Assembly: GCF_006345805.1 (NCBI RefSeq)
Contig: NC_043010.1
Coordinates: forward strand, 19,282,001-19,346,000
From: Octopus sinensis
Lineage: Eukaryota
Direction: 5' to 3'
DNA: 64,000 nt
Numbering within the stretch: the first letter of the stretch is position 1; each line of letters begins with the position of its first letter. This document shows, piece after piece, positions 27,171 to 41,595 of this stretch. The position numbers and the translations under genes are program-made. The notes beneath the pieces are model-generated. The model did no database searches and was not told where the DNA came from. It was given only the letters and a program-made list of their open reading frames with translations.

Positions 27171-27207
27171 TGTTTTACGTTTCGAGCATCGCTCTTCTTC
27201 GGAAACA
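27171..27207 (-). ncRNA. Minimal hammerhead motif, CCGA (U4C) variant
   Basis: Reverse strand tgttt-CCGAAGA-a-gagc-gat-gctc-GAAA-CGTA^-aaaca: 5 bp stem I, 4 bp stem II, ACGU palindrome in place of stem III. Confidence 0.6.
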
Positions 27208-27611
27208 GAGAACATAAAAAAGTCCAAAAGTAAAGGAAAAAATTGCCAACAATCCAGGTGTAGTTACATTTTTTAAATGACCGGAAGTGGATGGGCAAAG
27301 AGATAGTGCTTTCTGGGACAGGAGAGTGTGAAGAATGGTTGGTATGTGTGTGTGAGTGCTTGTGTGTGTGTGTGTGTGTGTGGTGGCATGTGTATGTGAT
27401 AGCGTGTGTGTGTGGCAGTAACTGTGTGTGTGCGTGTGGTGATACACATGTATATATATATATACACATATACATACATGCATATATACATATATGTATA
27501 CACACACACACATACATATATGTACATATACATATATAAGATGTATGTCTTATGCATATGTATTTGTATGGTTTTCTATATTTACATGTGTTTATACACA
27601 CACACACACCA

Positions 27612-27655
<44 letters not shown>

Positions 27656-30600
27656 AATACATGGTATGTTGCCATACACACAGTAATCCACAAGGATTAT
27701 TGGAATATATAATTTTAAGAAATTAATCAAAATCTTTCAACCATAACAAGTCAAGATGTCTATAGATCTGATTCCATCCAAATGTGTGTGTGTTTGTGTG
27801 TGTGTGTAGATGCGTTGTGACGTGTGTGTTAGTGTATATGAGTATGTGCATGTGTGTGTCAGTGTGTGTATGTATGTTAAGTGTGTATGTGAGTATGTGT
27901 ACGTGTGTGTCTAAGAATATGTTTCATGGTGTGTGTGTGTATGTGTGTGTGTGAATTGATGTGGGCTGATAAGTATGTTTGAGTTCGATACTCGTGTGTG
28001 TATGTGCATGTATTCATTCTTATGTTGTTCTGTGCATTTTGGGACGTGTTAGAGTTTCTTTTCTGTGCTACACACATATCTGTACAGCCAGAATATATAT
28101 GTATTTGTTTTGTGCGTGGGCGCAGGGCCTGGTGGTTAGTGTGTCGCACTCCCGATCTAGCTATCGTGGTTTCAATTCCTGAACCCGAGAGGTGTGTTGG
28201 GCTCGAGATCGCATCGACGCCTGACGCCTGGTACACCTGTGCACCTGTTCAGGTAACGTCGATTTCATGGTGTGAGTGAGCTAATATCACAGCATAAACA
28301 TTTGATCACAATAAACGAATCATTTGGGTAGATTGTTCACCAAGAAATTGCAGAGCCGTTACTCTTGGACAAGAAGAGACTACCATTAGCATCACTATTT
28401 CGATTCCAAATTTTTGGTTCCAGCAAGTCCGTTGGTTCCATCGACTCCAATGTTACTGGTTCTAAGTCATTACTGGAACCCAAACATCACCAGAACAGAC
28501 CACAAAAGCAATTTGCGTGGCAGAGACTGTAATTCACACATCGAGTTATTCAGCCATACACAACGGTATTCAAATGAAAGGGACAACCGGGACATCTATT
28601 TTAATGACAGACGGAGGCCACAGATAACAGTTTATTTTGCGGTATATATACAAAGTTTAGGTCAGTTAAAATATGTTTGCGGCGTATTTCAGCTGCTAAC
28701 AAACATATTTTAAATAACCTAAAGTCACGCCTAGACACTGCTTCCAGCTGATATTACAGTAATATAGCTCAGTGGTTTATACATCGGGCTCACAATTGTG
28801 AGGTAGTGAGTTCGATTCTCGGACTGGGAATCGAACTCAGTTTGACTTGATGATGAAATTATAAATATTTGAGACACCCGTTGAAATTTCACGTCTTATA
28901 AACGTTCTTTACAACATACTTTTATCATATTAAAAATATCAATTGCGGTGAGGTGGCAGAATCGGTAGAGCATCGGGAGAAACGCTTAACAGCATTTCTT
29001 CCGATTTGACGTTCAGAGTTCAAATTCCAAGGCCGATGTCGCATTTATCTTTCATCCATTAGGGGTCAATGGATAGTACTAGTCAACTACTAGGGCCGAT
29101 GGACTCAAATTATCTCCCTCTCACGAAAAGTTCCAGGCCTTTTGCCTAGAGAAGAAAGGATTATATTAAGGATATCAATTGTCTCCGCTTTCCGTCCATA
29201 TGAACGTTGGAACTTGTTTCATTATGTTTTCGAACCATAGTTAAGGCTATTAAAAGCGTAAAACCTGAACACGTCACAAAAGCAGAACATCACTTACATA
29301 TACATATACACATCTATATACATATAACACATACACACACACACAGAGGAAGAATTTTCGGGATTGCCTCCCTACATACATATAAATGCGTGTACGTAAA
29401 TATGTATACACATCTGAAAAGATAAACTCTATCCCTGAACTGTTTACACGTTTATAAAAATCTTCTTTATATGGTTGAAAAGAGACAGCTTTCTTTGCCT
29501 TTATTAATCATAAGGCCCTGCAATTATAACAGCATGCAGAGTTGTTGTTTTTTAATGTAGTTTTAATTAATTCACATCTCAATAGGGATTACATTTCCAA
29601 TCCACAAACACCTGTTCACATACACGTGCACAGCACGCGCTCGAATTTTACCTACACGCGTGTGCACATGTGTGTGCGTGCGTGTGTGTGTGTGTGAGTG
29701 TTTCTATTAATAATCGAAACACTCGACCCTTGAGTTACCGTGTGTCTTCTGCCGATTATTGATTAAAAAAAAAACAACAAGTGTGTGTATATATATATAT
29801 TTATGCTCTTTAGAAAATTACTATTTTTAAATTTCACAACGAGAGATATTCAGCAACCGTACTTCAGCGTAAATATTATTTGCCAACATAACATGGCAGT
29901 CCTGATTTAGGACGAATGTTGCTGTAATATTAGCCCCATGAGACATCATCTCCAGCTGGCTGTATGACACGATCTGTGTCCTTATATTTTCGAACAAGGG
30001 AATCTAGTACCCTACACTCAGCTCAAAACAATATTTGTGTATCGCGATTTTGGGGTTATTTCATTTCATCAGCACAGAATAATTGTTCGGCTAGAGGTGG
30101 CGCTGCCAAATTCCCGTTCGAAATATATAGTTTATACATATATATGGTCATGTTTTGAGATCCATTTTTCTGTTTGCATCACTAAACCTATGGATGGATG
30201 TTTTCCTCTGTTTATAATTATTTAAATTCTTCCTATGATCAGGGTTCTGGTTTCTAATAAAGATACAAAGCTCCATAGTTGGAGGGTAGATAACGAAAAC
30301 AATATCACATTTTAAACCTGAGAAAATTTGTAAAGCGCGAGTTGTTAGATTTCTTTTTCTGGAGACCCTAGCTTATCCGGATTGTCACATATGTAATCTG
30401 TATGTATGTATGTATGTATGTATGTATGTATGTATGTATGTATGTATGTATAGGAAAGAATCAGAATCGCAAGACGGATTCTTCAAGTCGAACCAACCAG
30501 CAGGAGACTTACGGATAATCTCAAGAACAAACTGGTTGGATAATATCCATTGCCTCAGTTGGAAATCCAACCGTAAAAGATTGGGTTTGATAGGACCAAC

Positions 30601-30751
30601 CGTAAAGGGTCGGATAGGACCCTAAAGGGGAGATATTTGGGGATTCTACCCACGACTATCCCAGGAAGTGACAAAAAAGATGGATGGAAGGATGAATAGA
30701 GGATATATATATAATTATAATATATATATATATATATATAATAACACACAC

Positions 30752-30811
<60 letters not shown>

Positions 30812-30959
30812 TCATACATACGTACATAGATACATACATGCATGCGTGCATACTTATATGTGTGCGCGTCTATATTTGTATGTATGTATATGTTATATTT
30901 TATGATTTCCTCTTTTCTCAGCGTTCAGCCATATTAAATGGAATCTGACAGATGAGCGA

Positions 30960-31240
30960 GCAGTTCATGAGAAAATGAATCTTCCTAGATTCCGCCTGGT
31001 TGGTCACATTCTCCGTTTATCCGATCAACGGCATTTGTAAAAAATAAAATATGACTTGTTTACCACTGGTCAACAGGCATAAAAAGGGCTGGCCGAAAAC
31101 CATTTGATGGCGAACATTTCATGATGACAGTCGACATCACGCGGAATGGATGTATGAGGAGAGCAGCCGACCGAACCCTGGTGGAGGAAGCTTGCCGTCC
31201 AATGCACAAAGCAGCACAAGAAGACCTAAAAGGATGAAAT
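30960..31240 (+). mobile_element. RTE-type LINE 3' end remnant
   Basis: RFRLVGHILR..KGWPK(GRPK-like)..AADRTLV(W) remnants. Confidence 0.45.
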
Positions 31241-31751
31241 TAAAATGAATAGCAATGCATATTAACGCATGCGCACACACACACATCAATGAACGAAACT
31301 AATACGAAGGCGACTGAAAGCAATTACACGTAACAAGTCTCTTCATGACTTCCATCAAATCTATGTAAAACTGGATTTTGTTAACGATTTTTGTTTGATG
31401 TTTTTCAAACAATATTTCATAATTTTTTAGGAGGGGTTAATCCAACAACTTTTCTTCATTTTTTTCTATAAATGTGTATGTTTATGCGTTTGCGCGTATA
31501 CATGTGTTCCTGTACGGGGGGGGGGGGCATAGCAATACCCTCCAGAATGTTCGTTATCTGGGCTTTTGTCCACATGTAGTCCAACAGAGGTCTTCTACGA
31601 ACATTAATATCTTCTTGAACAGACAGGAATGATTGCAATGAGATTTTGTTAGCTGAGACTATTGCAGAATGTAACGTATAGAAAATAATGGAATCAAGAT
31701 TTTCTCTCCCGTTATCTGCAAAGCCATTCCCTACATATCTGCTGAATTTCA

Positions 31752-31905
31752 GCGTGGAAGGTGTTTATAAGCCATTTAAGAAACACACAAAAACCGTTAG
31801 ATTCACTTCAGCATTTAAATTTAATTTCTCAATTAAATTTAAATGCTGAAGTGAATCTAACAGTTTTTGTGTGTTTCTTAAATGGCTTATAAACACCTTC
31901 CACGC
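31752..31905. repeat. Near-perfect palindrome, 75 bp arms, 4 nt loop (MITE-like)
   Basis: gcgtggaaggtgtttataagcc...aatt-tctc-aatt...ggcttataaacaccttccacgc; one mismatch seen. Confidence 0.85.
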
Positions 31906-32568
31906 AGCAATTGTTTTCGTTCCAGCACACGATCTCAGATCAAGTCACTCGCTATGCAAGTACATCTGCTGAATTTGTTTTCCAGAATCGAAAAACTTTG
32001 TTTGAAAGCAGAATGGCATTTTAGTAACTGCGTTTCTTGGGGCTCCAACAAATCAACCGACAACTCCGGGAATTCTATTGATGGAGAGGTTTGGAACAAA
32101 AGTAGTATCGTTTATTTTTGATGGAACACATGGCCACGGCAGGGTTGGATTTCTGCGTGTTTTTTCCTGAAATATTTTCCTTCCGAGGAATCAAATATGA
32201 ACAACTGAAGTAATTCATCGGGTGAATCTGGTCCTTCCGGAATTCGGATTAAATGAGATTTACTGTAAATACGAAAATGAGGGTAGGCTAATATTCCTCC
32301 ACTGCCTTCTTCCATGAACATACATATACATATACACACGTACATACATACATACATACATGCATGCATAATCCATCCATACATGCATACATAATACATA
32401 TATACATGCATGCTTACATACATACATACACACATAGATATATACATTCATATACACACATGCATACACACACATACATGAATACATACATACATGTATA
32501 CATATATTCATACATATACACACACACATACATACATACATACATACATACATACATACATACATACA

Positions 32569-32602
<34 letters not shown>

Positions 32603-33460
32603 CCTGGTGACTGCCAAATCGTGTGTGAGAATGACCATCCCTAACAAATTAACTTATCCTAGATGCGTTTGTGGCTGACAGTAAGTCCTGTGAGGAAGTC
32701 TGAAGTCAGTAACAGCTTACACAACACAGTTAAGACACTGACTTACAAAGCCAAAGAATCCAGAAACAAACAAGGACAAGATCTCTGGCGACATACTGGG
32801 GCGGGTGTTCATTCAGGATTTCCTTCTCCTAGAGAGAGATCTAAACAAAGGCTGGCTCGCTCCCATCTGTTGGTTGGCTGTTGACTCTACCGAGATTTTG
32901 GTGTCCTCGGTAAGCAACGAAAATCATCCCCTTTATCAAACTGACTTGGTGGTGTTTCCAATTTAGTCGCCGACGGCCAGACCACGTGACAAGTTGTGCT
33001 GGGTTACATGTTACCAGTAGCGCTAACAGTAACTTGACATAACATGCATACATGTATACATACATACATATACAAATACACACATACGTACCTACTGTGA
33101 TTATATATACATGCGTCGTGTAGCTGGAAGAGTATCTAAAACAGACTAAAGTGTGTCTTTATATACGGCCTTTCTGGAATAAGGTGTTACTTAGGTTTCC
33201 ATTAAAGAAGGTGAATAAATTTGCGTGTGTTTGATCTCTGCGTGGCATTCACCTAATTGATAGGAAATTTGATTTACATATCTTTATTTCAAATGTACTG
33301 CATATGTGTATAAGTCTCGAAATGAGGAGTTGATAGACAGCCGACAACCGACGAAGGGTCGTTCATCGTGTTACTTGCCCTGTTTTCCAGTTTTTTTCTC
33401 TCGTTGTATGCGTATTTAACTCGTTTGTTTTCGTATTTGTTGTTTACTGTTGGTAACGTC

Positions 33461-33500
<40 letters not shown>

Positions 33501-33616
33501 TGTATTGGTATCTAGAAGACCTAAAGAGTGAGACTGTCTTCCTTTCTCCTCCTTTTCCATAATAATTCCTTATTTCGAACTCAAATATTTACCTCTGTTT
33601 AACCATCTCACGTCAT

Positions 33617-33662
33617 TCTCTGATGAAGGGATATCCATAATATCCTAGAAACAGCTGTAAGA
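33617..33662 (+). ncRNA. Type I hammerhead ribozyme motif (minimal)
   Basis: tct-CTGATGA-a-gggatat-ccata-atatcct-a-GAAA-C-AGCT-GTA^-aga; A.A mismatch closes stem II. Confidence 0.6.
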
Positions 33663-34155
33663 CTATATACTCTTTTATTCTTTTACTTGTTTCAGTCATT
33701 TGACTGTGGCCATGCTGGAGCACCACCTTTAGTCGAGCAACTCGACCCCAGGACTTATTCTTTTGTAAGCCCAGTACTTATTATGCCGAACCGCTAAGTA
33801 ACGGGGACATAAACACACCAGCATCGGTTGTCAAACAATGCTAGGGGGACAAACACAGACACACAAACGCATATATATATATACATATATACGACGGGCT
33901 TCTTTCAGTTTCCGTCTGCCAAATCCACTCACAAGGGTCTGGTCGGCCCGAGGCTATAGTAGAAGACACTTGCCCAAGGTGCCACGCTGTGGGATTGAAC
34001 CTGGAACCATGTGGTTGGTTAGCAAGCTACTTACCACACAGCCACTCCTGCGCCTATATATCTATACCTTTTTCCTTCTAAATGTCCTGAAAATGTATGT
34101 ATGTATGTATGTGATTGTATGTATGTATGTATGTATGTAAGTGTATGTATGTATG

Positions 34156-34186
<31 letters not shown>

Positions 34187-34423
34187 GTGTGTATGTATGT
34201 GTGTATAGACACACATGCGTGCAATAACCTTATCTGCCGAACGTATGTATTCCCACATTTATCTATCACTATTATATCGTTGTTAATCTGTTGTAAATCC
34301 TGGGATTTAAATCAACATTTTATGGCAGCTTTCGTATCCATATAATTTCTCAAAAATTAAAACTGCATAAGCAATTATGCTAGCGGACGTACCTTCTTTA
34401 AATACGTTAAGTAAAATAAGATA

Positions 34424-35714
34424 CGAGGGACGTTCAATAAGTAATGCCTCTGACCCACTTGCAGTTGTTGGATCTAGCTGAAATTTTGCATGTGCAATTA
34501 TTTATATCTCTATAGAGTAAGTGACAAATTACAGCTCTGAATTAATTGTGGTTTCTGATTTACAGGTGTTTGAACCGAGTCAAGTGTGAAATGGAGCCTG
34601 TTGAGTGTCGAGCAGTGATGCGGTTTTTGTATTTGAAAGGACGCACACCACGGGAGACTTTTGATGCAATGAAAGTAACTTATGGTGATGATGCCCCATC
34701 ATATGACCTTGTAAAACGCTGGCATCGTGAATTCAAACATGATCGGAACTCTGGGGAAACAGCTTCCAGATCTGGTCGCCCCTCTTCTGCCATTGATGAG
34801 GCATCTGTCCGTCAAGTTGAGGCTGCCATTTTGGAAGATCGACGCATAACAATTCGCCAAATAGCCCATCAGGTCAAGATTAGTACCGGGTCTGTGGAAA
34901 CTATCATTCATGACCATTTGCATATGCAAAAGGTGTCTGCCAGATGGATTCCCAAGTTGCTCACGCCTTTCCAGAAGCAAGAACGCGTCGAGTGCTCGAG
35001 GGTGAATTTGGAGATGTGCCAAGAAGATGAGTCAAAATCTTTCAAAAGACTGATTACACAGGATGAAACCTGGGTCCATCACGATGATCCAGAGACCAAA
35101 GCCCAGTCAATGCAGTGGAGCACCGTGACTCACCTCCTCCAAAGAAGGCAAGGGTGCAGCCCTCCGCTGGCATGGTCATGCTCACAGTCTTCTGGACCAG
35201 GACGGAGTAGTGATGACAGATTCTTGGCAAAGGGTACCACAATTGCAGGAGCCTATTATGCTCACTTTTGAGGAAATTAAGAGAGTTATCAAAATCAAGA
35301 GGCGGCAGGGCAAAGATCAGCAAAGCATCCTCCTCCTCCTGCAGGACAACGCTCCGACCACAACTCGCTTGTCGCCAGATCAGAAGCACAGGCGTATGGC
35401 TATGAACTCCTCCCCCATCCCCCTACTTTCCTGACCTTGCACCCTCTGATTTTCACCTCTTCCCAGTCATGAAGTGTTTTTGAAAGGAAAGCGTTTCCCA
35501 GATGATGCAGCCTTGATTTCTGAAGTCACGTTCAGGTTGGAGGACCAAGCTGGGGTCTTCTACAAAAACGGTCTCCAGAGCTGCATCAAACAATGGGAGA
35601 AATGCGTAACTCTGGGTGGTTCCTATATAGAAAAAGACTAATAACTGTGCCAAGTTTCGTTGCTCTACTGCTATGGGAAGTGGGTCAGGGGCATTACTTA
35701 TTGAACGCCCCTCG
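34424..35714 (+). mobile_element. Full-length mariner (DD34D) element with frameshifted transposase
   Basis: TA-flanked TIRs cgagggacgttcaataagtaatgcc / ggcattacttattgaacgcccctcg. ATG at 34591; motifs WIPKLL, ITQDETW, QDNAP and PDLAPSD in shifted frames. Confidence 0.92.
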
Positions 35715-36374
35715 TATCTTACGTAAAAATACAAAATAAATTAAAATATAATATAAAATAAAATATAATATTTTCAGACTGCTTTTACATTTGGTTAATA
35801 GTTATCAATTTTTACCTCTGATTATAAGTATATTTATGTCTATTATGAACCTTTGAAATTACACTTTTCACGATATCTTTATATAAGAAACATGAAATGA
35901 GTGAACAAGAGAGTATGCAAATGGTTTATGTATAATGTAACATTGACGCTTCTGTTCAGCTAAACACTAATGCTTCGAATGAAATATTTCCTGGCTGTCG
36001 TTGTATATAATAGATTCGTGAATAGTTAAGTAAATAGGTTAAATGTAAGCGGAGGAGTGACAACCTGTATACATGCCTCACACAACCAAATCTCTTCGTG
36101 TGCATCGTACTTTTATACAAATATATCTAAGTAGACACGCACACGCACACACACGCGCACACATACTCTCTTTTACCCTTTTACTTGTTTCAGTCATTTG
36201 ACTGTGGCCATGCTGGAACACCCGCTTTAGCCGAGCAAATCGACCGCAGGACTTATTCTTTGTAAGCCTAGTACTTATTCTATCGGTGTCCTTTGCCGAA
36301 CCGCTAGGTTACGAGGACGTAAACACACCAGCATCGGTTGTCAAGCGATGTTGGGAGGGGACAAACATAGACAA

Positions 36375-36950
36375 ACCCAAAGCAGCGGAATCCGCATGCA
36401 TATCATTCGAGAATTTAGTGGGAAACTCTTCAAAGAAAATACTACTTCACATGAGTTCCAGGTATTTTGTAGTGGAAACGAGAACCTTGATGATGAAGAA
36501 GGCTGCGAACAACCTTGTGCGATTAACAACAACCAATTAAGGAACATAATTGAAGCAGACCTACGCGAAACTACTCGAAAGGATGCAGAAGGACTAAATC
36601 TTGGCCATTCTATTTTTGTTCGATATTAGTACCACGTTGAAAATTTCAAAAAAGGTCCATAAATTAGTGCGGCGCGATCTGGAGGAACATTTTTAAAATC
36701 ACTGTTTTGATGTCTGCTCGGCGCTTCTTTTGTGCTCGGAAAGCGATTAATTTCTTGATTGCGTGTTGACATGTGAGGGTAACTGCATGCTGCATGACAT
36801 CTCACATCATTTTGAGCAATGGTTGAACTGAGGGCAAAAACCAAAATACTTTCCCAAGCCAAAATTGCATCAAAAGGAGGTAATTGTGTCTGTTTTTGGT
36901 GTTCGGCAAAGGAACCATCTATTACTATTTCATGAGTTCTTGTGATATCA
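36375..36950 (+). mobile_element. Old mariner transposase fragment (N-terminal half)
   Basis: EFQVFCSGNENLDDEEGCEQPCAINNNQLRNIIEADLRETTR resembles the mariner HTH region (WFxKFxSGxxxLEDExRSGRP); no TIRs seen. Confidence 0.6.
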
Positions 36951-37219
36951 TCTCAGCAGACAGAATATTTCTAGGAAATAGTCAAACTAGACCCAATATT
37001 GCCGAGTGTAGAAAAATCTTTTGTTGTATTCATCTTTGACAACACAGAGAACAGATAGAAAAATTTAACCTGCCACTAGACTCGAAGTTTATTACAGTTG
37101 AAATCTTCACGCGTATATGTCTCTATAAGTAAGGTGACCCCACCACTCTATTATGTCTTCAGATAAGCCAAGGGCAGAGTACTCAAATGGCTAACTGCAC
37201 ATTTTATTTCTACTTCTAG

Positions 37220-37333
37220 ATCACACATTGGCAAAGTCCTCACATGCACGCTTACTTCCCGGCTTTGAATTCTTTCCCGGCTCTGTTGGCAGAAATGATT
37301 GCGGATGCCATTAATTGTTTGGGATTCACCTGG
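37220..37333 (+). CDS. Hdc: Histidine decarboxylase internal exon (equivalent to vertebrate HDC exon 3), 114 nt, phase 0/0
   Basis: Acceptor ttttatttctacttctag, donor TGG|gtaagt. Translates [49 protein letters not shown] and [10 protein letters not shown] match HDC rather than DDC/TDC paralogues (recalled family signatures). Confidence 0.93.
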
Positions 37334-38173
37334 GTAAGTGACCACTTTTCACCATCTTCTTAACCAGATAAAAGTCTATGTTTTGCGGTTTTTTTTTCTT
37401 CTTTTACTTGTTTCAGTCTTCAGTCTTTCGTTGGTCTGGCGCTAGTAGGAAACACATGGCATGGTGCCACGCAGTGGGACTGAACCCGGTACCATATGGG
37501 TGGGAAGCAAATTTCTTACCACACAGCCACGCCTGCACCTATATGTATATCATTATATTGTGTATGCGTGTGTGTGTGTGTGTGTATGTGTGTATCTCTT
37601 CACTCTTTTACTTCTTTCAGTCATTTGACTGCGGCCATGCTGGAGCACCGCCTTTAGTCGAGCAAATCGACCCCGGGACTTATTCTTTGTAAGCCCAGTA
37701 CTTATTCTATCGGTCTCTTTTGCCGAACCGCTAAGTGACGGGGACGTAAACACACCAGCATCAGTTGTCAAGCAATGCTAGGGGGACAAACACAGACACA
37801 CAAACATATACACACACACATATATATATATACATATATAGGACAGGCTTCTTTCAGTTTCCGTCTACCAAATCCACTCACAAGACACTTGCCCAAGATG
37901 CCACGCAGTGGGACTGAACCCGGAACCATGTGGTTGGTTAGCAAGCTACTTACCACACAGCCACTCCTGTGTGTATGTGTGTATATATATATGCATGTGC
38001 ATAAATGAGTGTACGCATCTGTGCTAGTTGGAGACACATGCCATGGTGCCATGCAGTGGGACTGAACTCGGAATCATATGGGTGGGAAGCAAATTTCTTA
38101 CCACACAGCCACGCCTGCACCTATATGTATATCATTACGTGTATATGTGCGTTCATGTTTGTGTGTGCGTTCA

Positions 38174-38232
<59 letters not shown>

Positions 38233-38449
38233 ATTGTTAAAATGACGTTAAGAAACAAAGCATCTCCCACATATTCCACAGTGGATGCTTTCTTTTTCCA
38301 ATCTGGTTTGCTTCATGTACGACAGATTTAAAATTTTCTTATCAATTACATCGTTAATTTTTCTTTTCCTTAATTTTCTTTTGCTAGCTTCAGCTTGAGA
38401 GCTGCAGCCATGCTGGGGCACCACCATTAGCTTTGCTACTCCTTCACTA

Positions 38450-38720
38450 TTTGAAACCTCCTCTGATATGTGGCATTTGGTGAGTGGGGGTGTCTGATGT
38501 TGCTGCCATCATCTACATTTCCTACCGCGAGATAGGGTCATCCGGAATTCATACCAGGAGGTCCACTTTTGTTTTGAACATACCTACATCCACCCCATGT
38601 AGGTCTCTCGGGATTTAGGGGAGGATATTGAAGAGTTGCGGTCCCTTGAAATCCAAGTTGTTTGCAGTATCTGGTCCTGTATCATGATGACAATGTTGGG
38701 ATTTTTGGCACTATGCTGGA
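38450..38720 (-). mobile_element. CR1/L2-like LINE 3' end remnant
   Basis: Reverse strand reads GFQGPQLFNILP..RDLHGVDVGMFKTK-like C-terminal motif. Confidence 0.5.
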
Positions 38721-38759
38721 GCGCCCCCTTCTGCTACTCGGGTAACTTTCAATTCCAAA

Positions 38760-39200
38760 GGTTAATACAAGTCCTTCCAAATCATTTTATCAGGTCTGTT
38801 GTGCTTGCATTTTATTGAGGTCTTCACTGGGACATTCCACCAGTGTTCCTTATTATTATGAGTGGCTATGGTTTCTACCATATTGTGGATTATTATTTCT
38901 TTGACCTCGGGATTATCTTTCCGACGGATTTCATTATAGAGTGTCCTAGCTACAATGTCATGTCTCATCGGTAGATAATACTGAGGACACTTTTCGACAA
39001 CTGCTTATGATGTTGTTGATATCTTCGGTGTTAACACCCCAAAGTCTGCATCGGTTGTCACATTTTACTGCCTTTCCTGTATCTCTATCCCTTTTGTGCA
39101 TCAGGTACTTGGTTGATATTTCCTCTTCCTGGATTCCAAACGCATACCCTTCAAAGTGGTAGGTAGTAATTCAGCTATTGGTCCATGATAAACTGCTTTG
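38760..39200 (-). mobile_element. RLE-type LINE fragment (CCHC/RLE region), antisense
   Basis: RHDIVARTLY..WWNVPVKTSIKCKHNRPD. Confidence 0.7.
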
Positions 39201-39518
39201 TGATCGATGTTACTATCATCTCAGAGCTTTCTACTATCATATCCATGCATAGTCCTCTGCTCATATGGGCTCATCCTTTCATCTGATGATGCGTTGCGGT
39301 AGAATCGTGCGATTAGCGCAGCTTACGGCGTTTAAAACAACGCATACAAGTTGGATGAGCAAACTAATATTCGTTACAAAAGCTACTTCCCGTCACTAAT
39401 AGCTAATGTGTGTGTGTGTGTGTGTGTGTGCGTGCGTGTGTGCACGTATGTGTACGTATGTATGCATGTATATATATATGTGTGTGTGTGTGTATGTATG
39501 TGTGTATATATATAATAT

Positions 39519-39550
<32 letters not shown>

Positions 39551-39692
39551 AATAACATATAAATATAATCATATATGTATGTATATATATGCATATATTT
39601 ATATATTATTTATATTATTATATGATCAAACACCACTCATCCTTTTCCGAGTAAGTTTTATCTATCTATCTATCTATCTATCTATATATATA

Positions 39693-39740
<48 letters not shown>

Positions 39741-39930
39741 GTATGTATATATATAGAGAGAGACATATGCATGTATGTATGTATGTACCCATATGTTTGT
39801 GTATGTTATGTATATATGTATATATATAATTATATATGTCTGTGTGTGTGCGCGCGTGTGTATATATAGACAGATAGATAGATCCTTATATGTTATGCAT
39901 ATATACACATATGTAGTACGCGTATATACA

Positions 39931-39976
<46 letters not shown>

Positions 39977-40311
39977 TATACATACATACATCTATGTGTG
40001 TGTGTGTTTGCGTGTATGCGTGTTGATGTATGTGTTAACGTGAAATACATTTTGTCTCTGGCTTCGTGACTCATTTATGGAATCTGGCATACGGCTGTCT
40101 CGTTTTCCATATTGTACCTGACAGATTCTCTTTCATTTATACCGCATAGACACCAAAATGTATATTTTGTTAATACGTGTGTGCATATATATGAATATGT
40201 ATGTGTTTATGTATGTATGTAAGTACATACATATACGTACACACACACACACCACATATATATATAGATATAGAGAGATAGATAGACAGACAGATAGACC
40301 GACAGATAGAT

Positions 40312-40354
<43 letters not shown>

Positions 40355-40414
40355 CAGACAGAAAGACATATAGATAGATAGACAGACAGAAAGACATATA
40401 GATAGATAGACAGG

Positions 40415-40526
<112 letters not shown>

Positions 40527-41545
40527 TATCCACGCGCGTGTTTATGATGTTTAGTCATCGTCCATCTTAATCAAAGCTCGATCTTGCCTTGCACTAATTT
40601 CAGATGTCTTACTTAGATTTAAAAGCCTCGTCTTGCTTTTAACTCCATCATTACATGTCACTTAGCACACTTCTATAAAAGCTGCCTACAATCTTTGCGT
40701 TGTTTTCTTTTGTTTATTTCCTTTTCTACATTTGTATTTATTTCTTAGAATGCAAATCCGTTTCAATAACCCTTCCGCCATATTTGTGTCTATAATAATT
40801 CTGGAGACAGTATGAACGTCACAGCAGCTCGTTTTACCGTTTCGAAAATAAGAGTTTGTAGCTATAGCATCCAGTTTCAAATTCTGTTCGCAGCCATTTT
40901 ACTCCGTTCGCATGGTTTCAGAGGTATGGCCAAACTGAGGCACTACCTTTTAGGGTAACGTCAATTAGAATAATCCCAGTACATATTTTAATCCCTGGTA
41001 ATTATTTTATCGACTTTGGGTTGGAGAATTAACCTGATCGAGGTTTACACTCTAAACCTTATGTATTTAGTTGAGGGCCATTCTCGCCGCTAGCACATCC
41101 TTCGTGACGGCCTTTCTGTGAACCTCTTCTCATCGGTTAATTCTCTCTGTTTTGTTATTCTCTACAAATATCTAACCGATGTAAACTTTGTCGCTTCATC
41201 CATGGCCTCCTCCCTGACGCAAATGTCGTAGACTATGAAATCTGTCGCTTCCCTATTAACTAGATCCGGTTACTGAAATCTTTTTGCGACAAAATCGTTT
41301 CAGCTCCCAGTAGCTAGGTCCCTATTTATTGATCTGTTTTAAGTTGACAGTATAGTTCATGAGTTTATGGTCCGTGTAGCCCAGCTTTCAAAAACTGTGG
41401 ACAGCTTCTGTTAATTATATCGCTGAACTTAACAAAAATCCTCAGAAACTCTATCTGAATGCGACCTGGATGACCGACTGCGAATACATCGAACATCAGG
41501 CTAAAATATCTGAGAATTAAATTAGCATCCACTTGCGTAATAATA

Positions 41546-41591
<46 letters not shown>

Positions 41592-41595
<4 letters not shown>

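Noticed and set aside
32030-32290. Unique-looking sequence with short open frames on both strands
   Set aside because: No motif, homology or splice signals recognised; not the missing Hdc exon 2.
41395-41450. Reverse-strand CTGAGGA..tgttaa/ttaaca..GAAGCTGTC
   Set aside because: Requires a 3 nt deletion in the core and lacks stem I; too speculative.
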